This document shows positions 35,101 to 50,216 of a stretch of DNA of 64,000 bases, one piece after another; the stretch's first letter is position 1; the number at the start of each line of letters is the position of its first letter. The translations under genes were made by a program, and so were the position numbers. The notes under the pieces are model-generated. The model ran no database searches, had not been told where the DNA came from, and saw only the letters and a program-made list of their open reading frames with translations. Source of the stretch: Tubulanus polymorphus. Taxonomy: Eukaryota > Animalia > Nemertea. The DNA lies in the NCBI RefSeq assembly GCF_964204645.1, contig NC_134028.1, forward strand, positions 22,130,345-22,194,344, given 5' to 3'.

Positions 35101-38100
35101 TATTCTATATGTTTATGCTTGGTTTATGGTGTCCGTTGCCTGATGATGACAACTTATTTGGCGGAAGTGATCGAATCGTCGATAATCGCTAATCTAACGC
35201 GGACGGCGTTCCTTTCTGTAAACAGACAAGAGAACCACCGAACGATCGATCGATCGCCGAGATCGGGATGAAATTCCCCCATTAAATGGTGTTTATGTCC
35301 GTTGGACAAACAATACAATGGTTACTCCCGTTGATTCATCATCTATAGTCGGTTCGTAATAATGTCGATAGTGCGCTGACCTGTGCCGATACTTATAATA
35401 CAGTCATATCTATATATGCAGATGTAATATTGCGTCCTTTTGTTAAACGCCTGAATAATTAAAACGGGAGATCATTTTATACACCTTTTGTTTATGTGTG
35501 ATAAGTGCGAGGCTGTGTGATTAAATTTAATGCGCAGTAATATTCATAGTCAAATCGCGTGCAGACACATTCGCTGAACTGTAAAGGTGCGAGGTCAGTC
35601 AACCCGATTTGGCAAGGATGGAACTGCATTCCATTGATGAGAAACCTAATTGATTAGGCGTGGTGATTGATTAAATTAATCACGAAATTATTAGAAAGCC
35701 TCCGACCCTCTATTTCTGTTACTAAAACTACCGTAGTCTAGTTTATACATCTATACCGATATCTAATTACGGAAATAAACTTGTGTATCCTTCAAATGAA
35801 TATGTTTCGACGCTAGGCAGGGGTAAAAATCAGTTTATTTCTAGATAGTGTATCTCAACATTTCGGGAAGTTATAAAAAGGACAGGGACCACTTGCTCAA
35901 AAGTTGGTTGTAGTTAACCAGTGGATATAACAATCAAAAACCCATTGTTAATGCGGTAGTTGGCATTTATCCGCCGGTTACCTTTAACCAACTATTGAGC
36001 AACTGGCCCCAGAAATATCATGGCTTAAAACCATGACATTTCTGGGGCCAGTTGCTCAATAGAAATCGACGCAGGTAACGTTTTAATCGTAGTAAAATAT
36101 CGAAACTTTCAGACCCGCGGCGCTGTCAACGGGTGGCTTAAAATTCGATAGATTCCTGAGAACCCCGCGCGTCATCGAACGCGCCCCGAGGTCACAGCCG
36201 TATTCGCAGGGGCTGCATCGGAGAACTCACAGAAGAATGTCGTAGATATTTTGAAGATCTTTATTTGCTATCGAGCCCTTCACGACGCAAACATCATGGC
36301 TACATTTATTACTTTTCAATTTTTTTTGGGTCGCAGAAACATATTCATTCAAACAGAAAATCGATCGGTACTGATTTCTGTTATCAGTTTAGGTGATATT
36401 TCACACCGATAATAACGGAGCACTATATGAAAAAATGATAATCAATACAAAAATAAAAACTATTTGTTCCCGTGTGAAATGTACTGAAACATTAACGAAT
36501 TATCATTAACCGATGAAATCAATTCTTTTCACGACAGGCCAAAAAACCGAAACCACGCGTTGAGACCAGGCCGGTAAGTTCGCCCCGTTCCAAATTGTAT
36601 ATATCTATGTGTCCGCACGCGGCAAACACCTCTGGTCCGCCATATTGTTTTGTAAATCACGCCTCCTTGTTGTAAAGCCATCCATAATGTATAAATGTCA
36701 CTGTGTATAGCATCGCAGTGGCTTCCACGCGCAAAACCCTACATATCATATAGTCGTCATTATATACCACGTTGGAGCTGTTTGTGTTTATGTAAATGTT
36801 GTAAGATACGAAAAGCGCTTGTTGTTCATATTTCTGCGATGTCAGTTTTTCGTTTCAGGTGCGCGCGCATCGTCGCAACTCGTAATTTGCATGAATCGAT
36901 AATGTATGCGGACGGAGAAAATCTCTCCGATTAAAACACTCATCGCACAACAGGTCCTGACCAGGCGTATCGGAAATATCCGCCCCGGCTAAATTCAATC
37001 GTTTTCGAACTTAACCATTTCGTTTCTTACAAGAATAGCGCGCAAAGTTTCGACTCAATAAAAGAGTTTCCAGTTTCTAGACGCCATTTTATGGCGGTCC
37101 CTCGACGGTCCCATTGTAACGATAATTTTCGCCCATTTTTTGAAACGAATGTTTTCATTGAATTTCAATTAGCTCTGCGATACCTTGCTTGATAAAAATA
37201 ATTTTCACACCATCATAAAGGAAATGGAATTTAGATTTTTGCCGTCGATCCATGGATTTTTCGAACGCAACGATTGACAGCGTTACCGAAATGAAAACCG
37301 GGGGCCGCATATTTTAATCGCGCGTCAAAGAATTCTCGAATTTTATGTTTCTAAAACCCAATTTTTCGAGAGGTTGAAGGCGTTATTTGTAATTATGGCT
37401 TTAACTATGCGCCTTTACAAAAACATTTTCAAAAATGATTTTGAAAATGGCCTATATAATCCCCTCTTAGTTTTTCTACATAATGGTGGGTTTTCTTCAA
37501 TATTGAAATAAAGACTATTGTCTACGGAAACCAATTTTTTATCATCAATTCCTCAACGATTCACTTCCGGTCGTAAACTTTTGAGAAGATGCCCATGCGG
37601 TAAGAACAGTTCGTGCTTTCCAGACATCGAACGAATATGAAACACGTAATAACGAACGAGCGACGTCGAGCGACGCTTTATGTCGGATGGCGGTTTATTT
37701 CGTCGAAGCAAAGTTTATTGTTTACTAACGTTATCTTTCATGCGCTTGTAATATCAATATAACTCGTTTAAAGCCGTCATTTTCCGTAGCCATAGCAGCG
37801 GAACTTGGCTGTAAGTGACAACATTGTAAAATCGACGATTTATGCCACGCGAGATTCACGTTACCCAGCTAGTTCTTTATAATCTCGACACAACGCGGAT
37901 TAGTGACATTTTCACGAAGTAACGACGGCCGTTCCCAAGATATTTTTGTCGGCTGCTGATCTAGCGACAGATTTGCAAGCGATGTTTATAGCGGTATTTG
38001 CCGTCAAAAATTGAATGTTTAAAGGTCACAAATTAGACGTCGCGGTCGCTTTTATTTCGTTTCACGTATATGGCTTTCGCTTCGTTTTCAAGAACTGGGT

Positions 38101-41100
38101 GGAAAGGCGACACGCGGTCGACTTAATCGATTATCAATATTTCCAAACGGCGGCAAAGTGGCACAAGGAGCTTCTCGGGGATCCTGTTCTACAGCCCCTG
38201 CGTGATATCGTATATGGAAGACGCCGCCGGCTCAAAACTAGAAACAATTCGAATTTCGCGTAGCAAGAAACAAACGTCGATTCCACAACAGAAATCAAGC
38301 AGTTTTACGTCACGAATTAGATTACCCCGGTCCGGTGTTAAACGTGCATTTCATGTTGACCAGTTTGTAGTTGTCTGATTGGTGATTGCCAGCCCTGTAC
38401 CGATAATTGAATCGGGTAGAATAGTCCCTGTAGTCATTGATTGAAAGCCTTTTCCTGCAGTGGCACCAGCAAAGAAACAGTTTTCTGTTCACGGCGATAA
38501 TGAAGTGAATAAAACGTAGTTGTGATCCCTGTGCTCGAAGATGCTTCACTTCTCCCATTCTCTCTCTCAGCTTCTCTCTCTCTCCTCTCTGTCGTCTGCG
38601 ATGCGTGTATTTGTTTGTTGAGTGGGCGTCGAGCCAAATGAGCCAAATGGACCATTTTTAACGTGTACACCAAAGGAAGATGGGGATTACACGCAATCGT
38701 AATTATTCGACTATCAAACGATTACTCTAAGATGCCGCTCAGTTTCTTTCTAGCGTTTACCTTCCAATTTACTTTGTCGATTTCTAAATAGCACACGACG
38801 TATCGCACTTGTTACGGACCTGTTCTACGAACAACAGCTCAAACTCTAAAATCGATTGAATTTCTTCACTGATTCAGTAAAGGACGATGATCTCTATCTG
38901 TGATATCGAAACGTCGTGTTTTTTACATTTTAGAAATAAATTCTCGATACTAAATTCTTTTAATTGTACATAGTGGGTCTTTATCCTACTATCAGTAAAG
39001 CAGTCTTGAAAACTGGGCCCTGATTCTTTAAACGCTAGGCAACACAATCCTACCTTCACTGGAAGCCTACGATCCACCTAAGATGGCTTACGACAACATG
39101 TTTATTTTGTTGAAACATTGTTTGTTGTTAGATACATGTAGAAATTGACGAATCGAATGAGCAAACATTCGATATCATCATATTTGGATTTCGTGGTCAG
39201 TGCTGCAGCTTATGGCATTCACCTTAGCATGGGGAACCCGCATCACCAGCTATCCCACCAGATGGCGTGACAAGCAGTTGGTCTATAATGAACTTTGAAC
39301 TAGATTTTTAGACTCCCGAATTCACATATTGTCACAGCCCCCGTATACAATACTTCCATTCTTTATACTCGAATTTCACTGCTAGGACTGAGGTACCCCG
39401 TTGACGTCATGAATCGGGTACCCTATCGTCATGTTTCACGTTCCGGTTTGATGACGACACGCTTGAATGCCATTGTTCCAATCGAGCTGAGCCACCGCGC
39501 ACCAGCAGCTGGTTGATGCCAGTTCGTGATTAACACCGCTTATCCTAAATCAACAGTTCAATATTTACTGACATTGATTAACGCGTCCTTTAATTACGCG
39601 GTATCTCTGATGCCGAAACGAGATTTCTTGTTTTGCTTCCGTGGATACCCTCGTCTCCAGGGAGACCGACGCCGTCATTCCGTTACCAAGGTTACTAACC
39701 CGTGAACGAAATCATAATAAATTCGAATTATAATTTTCGGAACGTTCCCCGAGGAGTTTCAGACGTTAATGCGACTGACTGACGTTTTCAAATGCGGATT
39801 TAAAAATCATTTTTTCATTTTCGATAATTCTCTCCCGCAGATACGACGGCGCTCGGCCCATTTTCAAATTGAATGTAACGATCTTTTTCGCGACTGTTTC
39901 TATATCCCGAAGACTATATATCCGTCCATCCATTAAAGCTCGATATAACGCTATAAAGATCCGTCTTTCTTCTCCCCTATCGTTCTGTTACTAATTGGCG
40001 CTAATGTATCGCGCGTGGATCTTCAGAATACACGAGATTTATCATCGGTTCGACGTAGAATTGAAGAGGCGAAATCGTGTGTCAGTTCCATCAGCCTTTA
40101 CATTCGCGTTGATGATAATCCCTTAGTTTTATACTCGAACAGAAATCAAAATAGATCTAAGACCCGGAGCCAGTTGCGGCAGGCGTCGCAGCTTGAAATA
40201 GGCTGTCTACAATTAATACGTGCGTTTTCTCTTATTGACGAAATAAATTCACCCATGCCTTGCACCTTCTATCAAACGGAGACACAAGTGGAAAATTCTG
40301 AAAAAGCACCATTTGGGTTTACCCAGTCGTGTAGTGTGGCTGTCTCCACAGTAATCTCCGTCACTCTACTATCCTAGTGTACCCAGTGTGGTACATGAGA
40401 CACTAAGGTTCTAGGTGAACCTACCCATAATCATGTATTCTACGGGTTTGTCGGTATGTCAGTTTGGCGGTTTGTCAGTATGTCGGTTTGCAGGTATGTA
40501 GGTTTGTCGGTATATCGGTATGTCTCTACGTCTGTGTGGCGTAATGTAGGTAAGATTCAACAAGTCGAATATTGGCGGATGAATTTCATGTGATCAGTCT
40601 CTGCTCGAACTATTTAATGCTATTATGGACTGGAGCCATATAGATAGATGAGTGCAGCTTGGCGCTATAGATTGTATATTTTGACAAACATATTTTCTTT
40701 AACGCCCTAGAATGCCAGAATACTGCTAAAACATTTTATAAGACGACCCTCGGATTTTACTCGTGGCAACTTGCCATCTAGCCCCACATCGCGTGCACTG
40801 TGAACACACCACATATAGTTTTTTTCCTAAGGTTGTTTATTTTACCCGCGCTGATTCGTCCAAATAGCGACGGTCAATCCTAAACCTTTCGTGCTACGCT
40901 TATCAAAAAGATCCGTCGTTCGACGCAAAAGAGAATGCGAGCGCGCAAACAATGAATATAAGGTAATGGTTTTGAGTGCAATGCCGTGTTTCCTATCGAC
41001 GCCGCCGTAAAACGAAATTCACTTGAAACCATCTTCCGTGACGTCATCGCACACCGGTGCGGAATCAATACGATCTGATCTGCTGATGAATCTTTCGCAA

Positions 41101-43769
41101 CAGAAATCGTAGAATTATTTTTCACCCTCGGAATCCATCAAGATTATCGATCCTGGCATCTAGACTTTCACGCGCGGCTGTTAAGACCTATTTAATTATT
41201 GGTCTCTGACGTCACGACCTGCGACGACTCCGACGCTGTTTATGACGGAAGTGTCTTTTCAATAGCTGGTTTCGGGTGTGATTCATTTTCTGTTTAAGGT
41301 GTTTGATGGAATCTCGTTTCGATAGAAAGTTTACCGCCATACGGTTAGAACAATATAGAGGCTCTATTGAGTAATTCTAATTCACTAATACGTCATCATC
41401 AGCGTCATCTACACGGCTATCAGATGAACTAAGCGATGTGAAAATTCCTTCAGATTTACACTTTTCAATCGTTAATATTTCAGTTATCCATCACTCATTA
41501 CAGCTGAAATTTCACGAGATGGATTATGATGTATTTATGACGTAACATTATCTATCGTCAAAAACCAAAGCTATTTTGGGCTACACTTTGATCTTTAAAA
41601 ACCTACACGCAAAAAGGCTTTCGCTGGTTATTATAACTTTTCTCGGCGCACCGCACTTCATTTGCGAATCGCGCAAAACGACAAATTCTATATAAAATAT
41701 GAATGGATTAATGAATGCTTTGGCTTGGCATTAAACGGGACGTTTATTGTGTCTGCAATCGCTTTTGATTTATCGTCTCTGATAGAGATTAATGTTTAGT
41801 CGTGTCGGTTTTACGCATAGAATGAGAATTCACAATCTGTTCGCCTCGATAAGCGCGCCCGGCCCTGTGAATCACGTCATCGTCTTAATCTGAGGCGACT
41901 TATTGTTTTTCCATTTTCGCCAGTAACCGCGGAGTAATCGCGTTTACTCGCTCGATTATCACGTTCTCTCGGGGAAGAGTCGGCGTCGTACATTTATGAC
42001 CGGTTATTTCGTCTTTCCAAATGAGATATTTTGACCGCTGGGGACTCGGAAAATCGCTTTTCCATATTTGCAGCTTATTCGCCGTCACCCGACGACGTTT
42101 CGGTGTTATCGATCGCCGATGGTCACGCGAACTTGATTTTCTTTCTTCAAGTATTTTTTGCTGTCGGGAAATTTATCTATGAAAGTATTCATTTCAACAA
42201 GACATCTATTGTACCCGGCCATAACGTTGAAAATTTACAACGAACAAACATGTTACTATATTCATAAAACCCTAATTACATATGAAATCATTGGACGAAC
42301 AGCGAGACATAAACCAGGACTCGAAACCGATGATTCGGTTCGCCAGCTGCCGCACACAACAATACATGAACCACGGAAACGAACCTACAGCACCACCTGG
42401 TGGCGAGAAACATAGTAGCGTTGTATAACACGATACCAGTTTTCTTCATATTCTGGGATTTTAAAGGGGCTACATTCATTGATAAGTGTATCGTATCGTG
42501 GCTGTTGCTATGATGGTGTTATCTTCTATTTTCAACATCAGCTGAATATATTTCGAAGCAATTATCAGCATTGGTAGAATATTTACACGCACTCTAGCAG
42601 ATATTTCATAAGAGGGCTAATTTTCCGAGGGGTGAATGTAAAAAAGAAAGGGGTATAGTCACACCTTTAAAGCCTGTTAACGGAGAACACAGGACGCGGA
42701 AATGGTGGCGCCCAAGAATCAGCGTCTGTCTCTTGTTTCTGGTTTCGTGGTGTGCGTTGGGAATGAGATCGCTATAACGACTGTGTTAATCAGATCGCTA
42801 TCATTACTCGTACACCGACTGCCTAGATGTTTTCGAAATGCCCTCCGCAGCCGTGATATTTTTACACCTTCTCCCATTATTTTCTCAGGTACCTCTAATC
42901 ACATTTTGTCGCTTGTATTCGCAATAATTACCTCGACGTGGCGAACGCGAATTAAATCCATCTATTTAGGAAGTATGTATATATATGTAGACCTGTTTCC
43001 AAGCTATGTGTTTAGAGATACGATACAATGAACCGATGTGTATAATTCGAGTTCATTGTTGTCGATTGATCCGGTTGCTATGGTCGTCGCGCTCGCGTCG
43101 TCTGGGAAAAGATGAAAACAATTCGCGTCATTTCCGAGAACTGCGAACGTTTTAAGTTCCGTTCAGATAAACAAGACGACAATTCTGAGACAGGTTCTAG
43201 CATTCTTGCGGTATACGTACATAAGCGTCTCAAGCAGCGCTGAAAATCGTTTTTGTTGTTTTGGAAGAACCGCTTTTTACCGAAGTTTTTTTCTTACCGA
43301 ATCTAGCTTTCTTCATTAGAGCAGTTCCCCCCAAGCGCTGACATAAATTACTTATAGTTTCTTTGCAAAGGTTTCGTCACACGCAATATGGTGATTGTTG
43401 ATCACTATGGCCAGGAGGGTCATTTCGCTGACTGTCAAAAGTTCCATAAGTATTAGATGTTGTATTTCAGTGAGATGGACCGAGCTCGTCAAAACCGAAA
43501 CGACAATATTTCTAATTTGAATGTTCGTGAGCTTGAGGAATTCTTTTTGTAAATTCCCGTAGATTATCTTGGTACCTGATTATATCTACTTTCTCGACGC
43601 TGTTCAGCTGGTGGCAATAATTATGTTATTTACGGATGACAGTCGTCGGAATGTGTAGTTTGAAATTAGCTTTGTTTTGGCGCGATGAATTTATCCCGCA
43701 CTGCAGAGAAATGCACTATATACGGACTTCACCAGTCGCCTAGCGAGTTCCTTCATGGACGTATATAAA

Positions 43770-43822
43770 CTAGATTACGGCCCGTACCTGCGAACGTGGA
43801 AACTATAGAAACCAACAGACAG

Positions 43823-43904
<82 letters not shown>

Positions 43905-43926
43905 AATATATAATATTTAATAAGAA

Positions 43927-44005
<79 letters not shown>

Positions 44006-44045
44006 ACAGTATATATATATAAGACAGTCTGTTGGTTTCTATAGT
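43770..44045. mobile_element. Helitron-like mini-element(s) around a (TA)n tract forming a ~245-bp foldback
   Basis: Minus strand: (TA)n-GACTGTCTGTTGGTTTCTATAGT-TT-CCACGTTC-GCAG-GTACGGG-CCGTAAT-CTAG-T (hairpin plus CTRR, a Helitron-type 3' end). The same leader appears inverted at 44023-44045. Confidence 0.5.
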
Positions 44046-44515
44046 CAAGTGCCTGCCGGATATCAGTAAAGTGAAAACCAAAAATAAAATGAAGAAAACT
44101 ACAAGAGAATCTAACATTTCGACTCAATTGTATGAGCAATTTTCAAAATCAGATTTTGAAAATAGCTTGCATGATTGAGTCGAAACTCTTTTTTCATTTT
44201 ATATTGGGTTTATACTTCACTAACTAACTCTAGTCCGTACGTCCCTACCGGAACGGACCGATCTAGAACGGACCAAATCAATGCTGCGCGTTGGTCACAT
44301 ACGTTTTAAAGCGGCTCCATCGCTGATACAGCTAGGAGCAACACGGTGATTGACAGGCAATCAGAGCAAAGATTCGCACGCAGAAAGAATAATGGTCAAT
44401 TCTAAAATCTCGAACGGACCAGCGATTCAATGTTTTGGTCGGTCTAAAACGGATTGGAACGGACTCTCCGCTACGTGTACTGAGAACACTAAGTCAGCTC
44501 TGATTTAGTAAATTA

Positions 44516-44581
44516 GGATGGACTAGATGTTGGACATGGATGGACTAGATGTAGGACGTGGATGGACTAGATGTAGGACGT
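44516..44581. repeat. 22-bp tandem repeat x3 (GGATGGACTAGATGTAGGACGT)
   Basis: Direct reading. Confidence 0.85.
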
Positions 44582-45385
44582 TCTGAAAATAAAGTAGTGC
44601 GGCTCATGATTCGACGATGCATTTCCTAAAAGCGTCTCCTCATCCGCGCAGTAAAGCACGCGTGCATTAGTCGAAAATGATATATTCCGAAATGCGAATG
44701 AATTCAATTCGGTAAAGATGCCGATTTTTGACTGAAATTGATGCCTTTTTATTGACCGCGTTCACCCGTTCTCTTCGCCAGATATAAACCAATGTCGCTA
44801 TTGTTCTGAAAGCGCCTCGGTTAGAAAATCTAATGCGGATGATAGACTTTTGTCTAAAATTTCTCTATTCATTTTGCGACGCAACGAATATTAAAAAAGA
44901 CCAGTTTCTCGGAAATATCGACTGCGCAGCAGCGATGGCTTTTGTTGGTGTTTTTTTTATCTTTCTTTTAGTTTCGCGTAATTAATGAGGACTTTTTGTC
45001 CGACAGTGTCAGATCCCGCTTGTGGCAAGCGACGATCCACCGGGTGTCGCTGGTGTGCATTCGGTCAAAGATATCGGATTTTTTCTCAGATTCGTTTTCT
45101 AATATTTGATAACTTTTCAAATTCTACAGATGGTGAAACGTCGCGCAATATACGAACCTCAACAATGAATCAGAGTTTATCAAGATATACGATTTTCCTG
45201 ATACCCCTATAAAACCCTAAACCCATCTAAACCCCAACCCTCTTCCATAGTGTGATGTTTTATGTGGGAGACTACAACTCTAGTATTTACATTTTAACTT
45301 CTGTAATATATGTATCTATTTAATTATGTGTCTACAAATAAGAGTATTATACTATGTTATAATTCCAATGTAAATAAAGATTAGT

Positions 45386-46068
<683 letters not shown>

Positions 46069-47644
46069 AAGTTTATTGAAATTAACCGAACTTAAATTTG
46101 GTTGTCCTAGGGAATTAGGATTGTATCTACACTCCAAACATAACAAAAAGACTATATAAGATACACATACAATATCTACAAAACAACAGAAAATTTTTCT
46201 TGACAACATGTAGCAAAGTTATCAACAATATGTCATGCATTATCTACAATATTGAAGGGATCATATTGATTCGTACGCGCGCCATCTAGTGGGATAGCTG
46301 GGGTACCGGAGTCCTCCAAGTAGAGCGAGCAGATTTTGTTGTTGTTTGTTTCGGCATCATCGTCGTCGCGACGACCGAACGCTATACGAAACACGATAGC
46401 GAAAACGACAAGATTGGCCTTTTATACGCATCGTAAATCAATAGGCGACTGTCGTGATAAATTGGAAAGTGCAGTCAGCATCATCAGCTGCAGCCGGCAT
46501 CTGCGGCATCTGCTATGCCGTTTCGTATCTAAGTGTGATCCAATTTCCACAGTCGTATAGACTCGGTCTCTTCGCCGTCGACTGTGTATAAACGCGGTAT
46601 ATCACTGAATCCATATGGTTTAATATCGTTATCTTCGATGGAGCCAACAGTTTGACAGTCGAATAATCAAATCTTCTACTTCTTAACTGATGGAAATACC
46701 GCCGTATTATACGACAATAGATCGGCACTGAACCAATTCCGCCCTCGGTAGGTAAATATGCCATAACCCGATCTCTGAATCGTCTGAAAAAGCATCTTCG
46801 CAGAATCCTTCATGTTTCTGTAGTTCCCCGAGGAGTGTTCCCCGTGTTTGCGTATATGCTAAGTCCACGGGTGTAGAATAATAAAAAAAAACGTGCGCCA
46901 GAAGAAACTGAAAAGCACGCACGTGCACACATCCTGATCAAATATATCATCTCTAGAAATAAATCTGATTTTCAGGAAATTTCAACGGCACAATAAAGCG
47001 ATGACGCCGTTCTGGTAACAGCGTTTATCGAATCACCAAGTCGATAAATTCGCTATTCGATTCCCGACAACCGATATACGGTTTTTTCCAGCCGATGCAT
47101 TGTTGGCGTGATGAAGTAAATTGGTAAGAAATTCGATCATTTGTGACGTGTATGCAAGCATGAAATTACTTTGTACACGCTTGTGGGGCATGTTGTTTAA
47201 ATAGTTCTTCGGCAGTCATCGAGCAACTATTATGTATATGGCCGGACTGTTTCCGCCGCGTAATACTAGACGCAGGGGTCCGTATGTACCACGTCTGACT
47301 CAATCAAACTCGCCGAATGCACGATGGAGCGATCGGGAGACCTTGAACTATAACCGTTTCACCGGTATATAAATACGGCAAGGACGTTGCTCTTGTTTAT
47401 GGAGTGGAGCGCGTTCGTCGGTCGATTCGTTGGAAACCGACGTTACGTCGAAAGAAACAATATTATGCATCGTGGTGCTCCGTACGACTCGGCGACTTAA
47501 AGACAATAGAAGAAATAGAACAATACAGGAACATGAACTAATATTGCCTTTTTTGTTAAAATGTTATTCGAAAAGATGTTTAGATATTTTGCTGGGCTGA
47601 GTCATTCATAGTTACTACAATGTATAGTGTTTGTCACCCGAGTT

Positions 47645-48435
47645 AAGAATTTACACCAAGGGGTAATTTTGATAGCCAGCCGGTCTATAAAACCGGGCCC
47701 CGGTTAGGGATTTATTCGTTTGGGTAATGTTGATACCCAGTCTATAAAACCGGGTCCAGATATAAGAATCACACCTAAGGGGTAACTTTGATAATCGGTC
47801 TATAAAACCATAGAACTATAAGCGAAAGGGAAGGCCAACTCCGTGAAGTCCTATACATTTGCTTTTGCTATCTTCGAAATTGATCAGCGCCCTCACCGGT
47901 GGCGATAAACGATAGGTTCTCGGAAATATTTTGGATTATCTTAATTTGTGAGAGCATTGCCGTTTTGACCGTTTTTCAAGATTTGGTATCAAGACTTAAA
48001 GAAATCAACGAAAAACGCTAAATTTAGTCTACAAAATCTATTGTTTATTGCCACCGGTGAGGGCGCTGAACAAAACACACGATTACTAGCGCTACCGAGC
48101 GGATTTTATAGTTGGCCTTCCCTTTCGCTTATAGTTCTATGATAAAACCGTGCCTATAAGTTGGGGATTTATACCTCGGGATAACTTGAATACCCAGTCT
48201 ATCAAATCAGGCTCAGGTGGAGGATTAACTCCTAGGGGTAACTTCGATACCCAGTTTATAAAACCGGGTCCAGGTTGAGGGTATACACCTAGGGACAACT
48301 TTGATACCCGGTCTATGAAACCGGGTCCAGGTTGAGAGTACAGACCTAGGGACAACTTTGATACCCAGTCTACATAAAACCAGGCCCGGGTTGAGGATTT
48401 ACACCTACAAAGTAACTTACTACCCTGCCCAGGTA
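47645..48435. repeat. 57-bp minisatellite interrupted by a MITE
   Basis: TACCC recurs at 48191, 48248, 48305 and 48362 (57-bp period); the same unit occurs upstream at 47650-47808. Confidence 0.85.
47809..48141 (+). mobile_element. P-element-like MITE, CATAG termini, ~32-bp TIR, 7-bp TSD
   Basis: CATAGAACTATAAGCGAAAGGGAAGGCCAACT ... AGTTGGCCTTCCCTTTCGCTTATAGTTCTATG; ATAAAAC duplicated at 47802-47808 and 48142-48148. Confidence 0.85.
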
Positions 48436-49870
48436 TTCTATGATGGTAACTCATACGGGAAAGGGATTTCATGCCGCAATATACAATTTTCTTACAGGAA
48501 ACTCTATCTGATTGATAGCGGTGTTGTCCGATCGTGCAGCAGTGAACACGAGAACAAACATCAGTTCGATTACTAGCAATATCCGCGCTAGAATTATGAA
48601 CCTTTATGGAGACGGATTAGTCGAAGTTGCTGATCGGTCTCGGATAAACCCGTTAATAAAGCGACCGTTGTGACGACTATTTCAATAGATGTCATTCTTG
48701 TCGATTAATAATAAACAACATTTGTACAGGTCTCTTACATAGACGTATCGACGACAGGTCTATTATCACCGACAGTCAACATAGTTATCAGTTCATTATT
48801 AAGATCTTCGTGACGTTTGTTGTCCGTATTCTTAGAACGTTCAATAATCAAGAGCTCGACTTGAAGTACTCCATCCATAAGTTCAACCAGTCATCCGGCT
48901 GAAATTTGACTCTAAGCGTTAAAAAAGTCATCATACCATATCACATTTATTTTCTCAATAATTACATCAATGTACATTAGGATACATTAGAATTACAATA
49001 CAAAAGTACTATAATCAATTTGGAACATTGCAAACGAAATGATCAGGAACCAGTTGCAATTCAAAAGCAATCAATTGAGCCGTGCTAAAATTTGGCTTGC
49101 GCATTTTTGGTCGGGTCAAATTTGCTCGCGTGATCGCGGCTATACACCAGGACTGAGGCCCACGAGGCTCCCACTGAATATAAAAGCATCAACCACTATG
49201 AGTAAGAAAAACTATTTTGCTGGTTGTTTTTTGTTGGTTTGTTATTCTCGGGTCCTTTATAAAAAAAAAAACAGACGCACGACTCGTAGGGCGGTAATGT
49301 ATGGCAACTTCCCGGATACAGTCGGTTATAAAAGAGTCGGATTAATCAAAAACGCATGTCTCTGGATACTCGGGTATTTTCTGTATGTAGCCGTCTGTAT
49401 CCCTGTCAGTTGTTGTGTCTCGCAATGTTTTTCACTGTCACGACGCCGTAGCCGTGATAAATGGCCACTTTTACTGCCCTCGATTCTCGTTCCCGGCGGT
49501 AACATGGTCGAGTAGGCATCGCTAATTCCGACCGTTTCTCAAAGCGCAATTCTATACCCGGCGCAAACCGGAGAACGCCAGTAGCGCCGTGGAGAGACCC
49601 GATCAGACTCGGCGCGCCGTGCCATTCACTCGTTCGAGAAACGCTCCACGGGTTGCGGATTTTAATTGAATTAATTATCGTTGATCAACGCGACGCGGTT
49701 AAACGCGACCGCGAGAACGATCAGACCATCCTTAAACACGTATAATTTCGGGAGCACGTTCTTCCCGTGACGTGTCACATGTTTGAAACCCATAACGACG
49801 TAACGGTTACACGGTTTTGAATTCAATTATGATTAAGCTAACGTATTTCCATTTACTCGTTGTAACAGAC

Positions 49871-50216
49871 CATAGAACTATAAGCGAAAGGGAAGACCGA
49901 CTCCTCTAAAATCCGCTAATCACTGCTAGAAAAATCTTGTATTTTGTTCAGCGCCCTTACCGGTGGTGATAAACAATAGATTTTGTAGACTGGTTGCCGG
50001 TCGGGTCTTTATTCTCAATTTATCTTACTACAAAAGTCTTACTACAAAATCTCGAAAAACTTTTCAATGCTCAAAAAGATTAATATAATCGAAAATATTT
50101 TCGAGAACCTATTGTTTGTCGTCACCGGTGAGGGCGCTGATAAATTTCGAAGATAGCAAAGGCAGATGTATAGTGACGTCACGGAGTTGGCCTTCCCTTT
50201 CGCTTACAGTTCGATG
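49871..50216 (-). mobile_element. Second copy (opposite orientation) of the CATAG-terminated MITE
   Basis: Same TIRs, interior inverted relative to 47809-48141; TSD AACAGAC / AACAGAT (6 of 7 match). Confidence 0.85.

Noticed and set aside
48137-48472. ORF with a 19-aa repeat (WVSKLSLG...PGPGFID)
   Set aside because: Translation of the 57-bp minisatellite; no splice or homology support.
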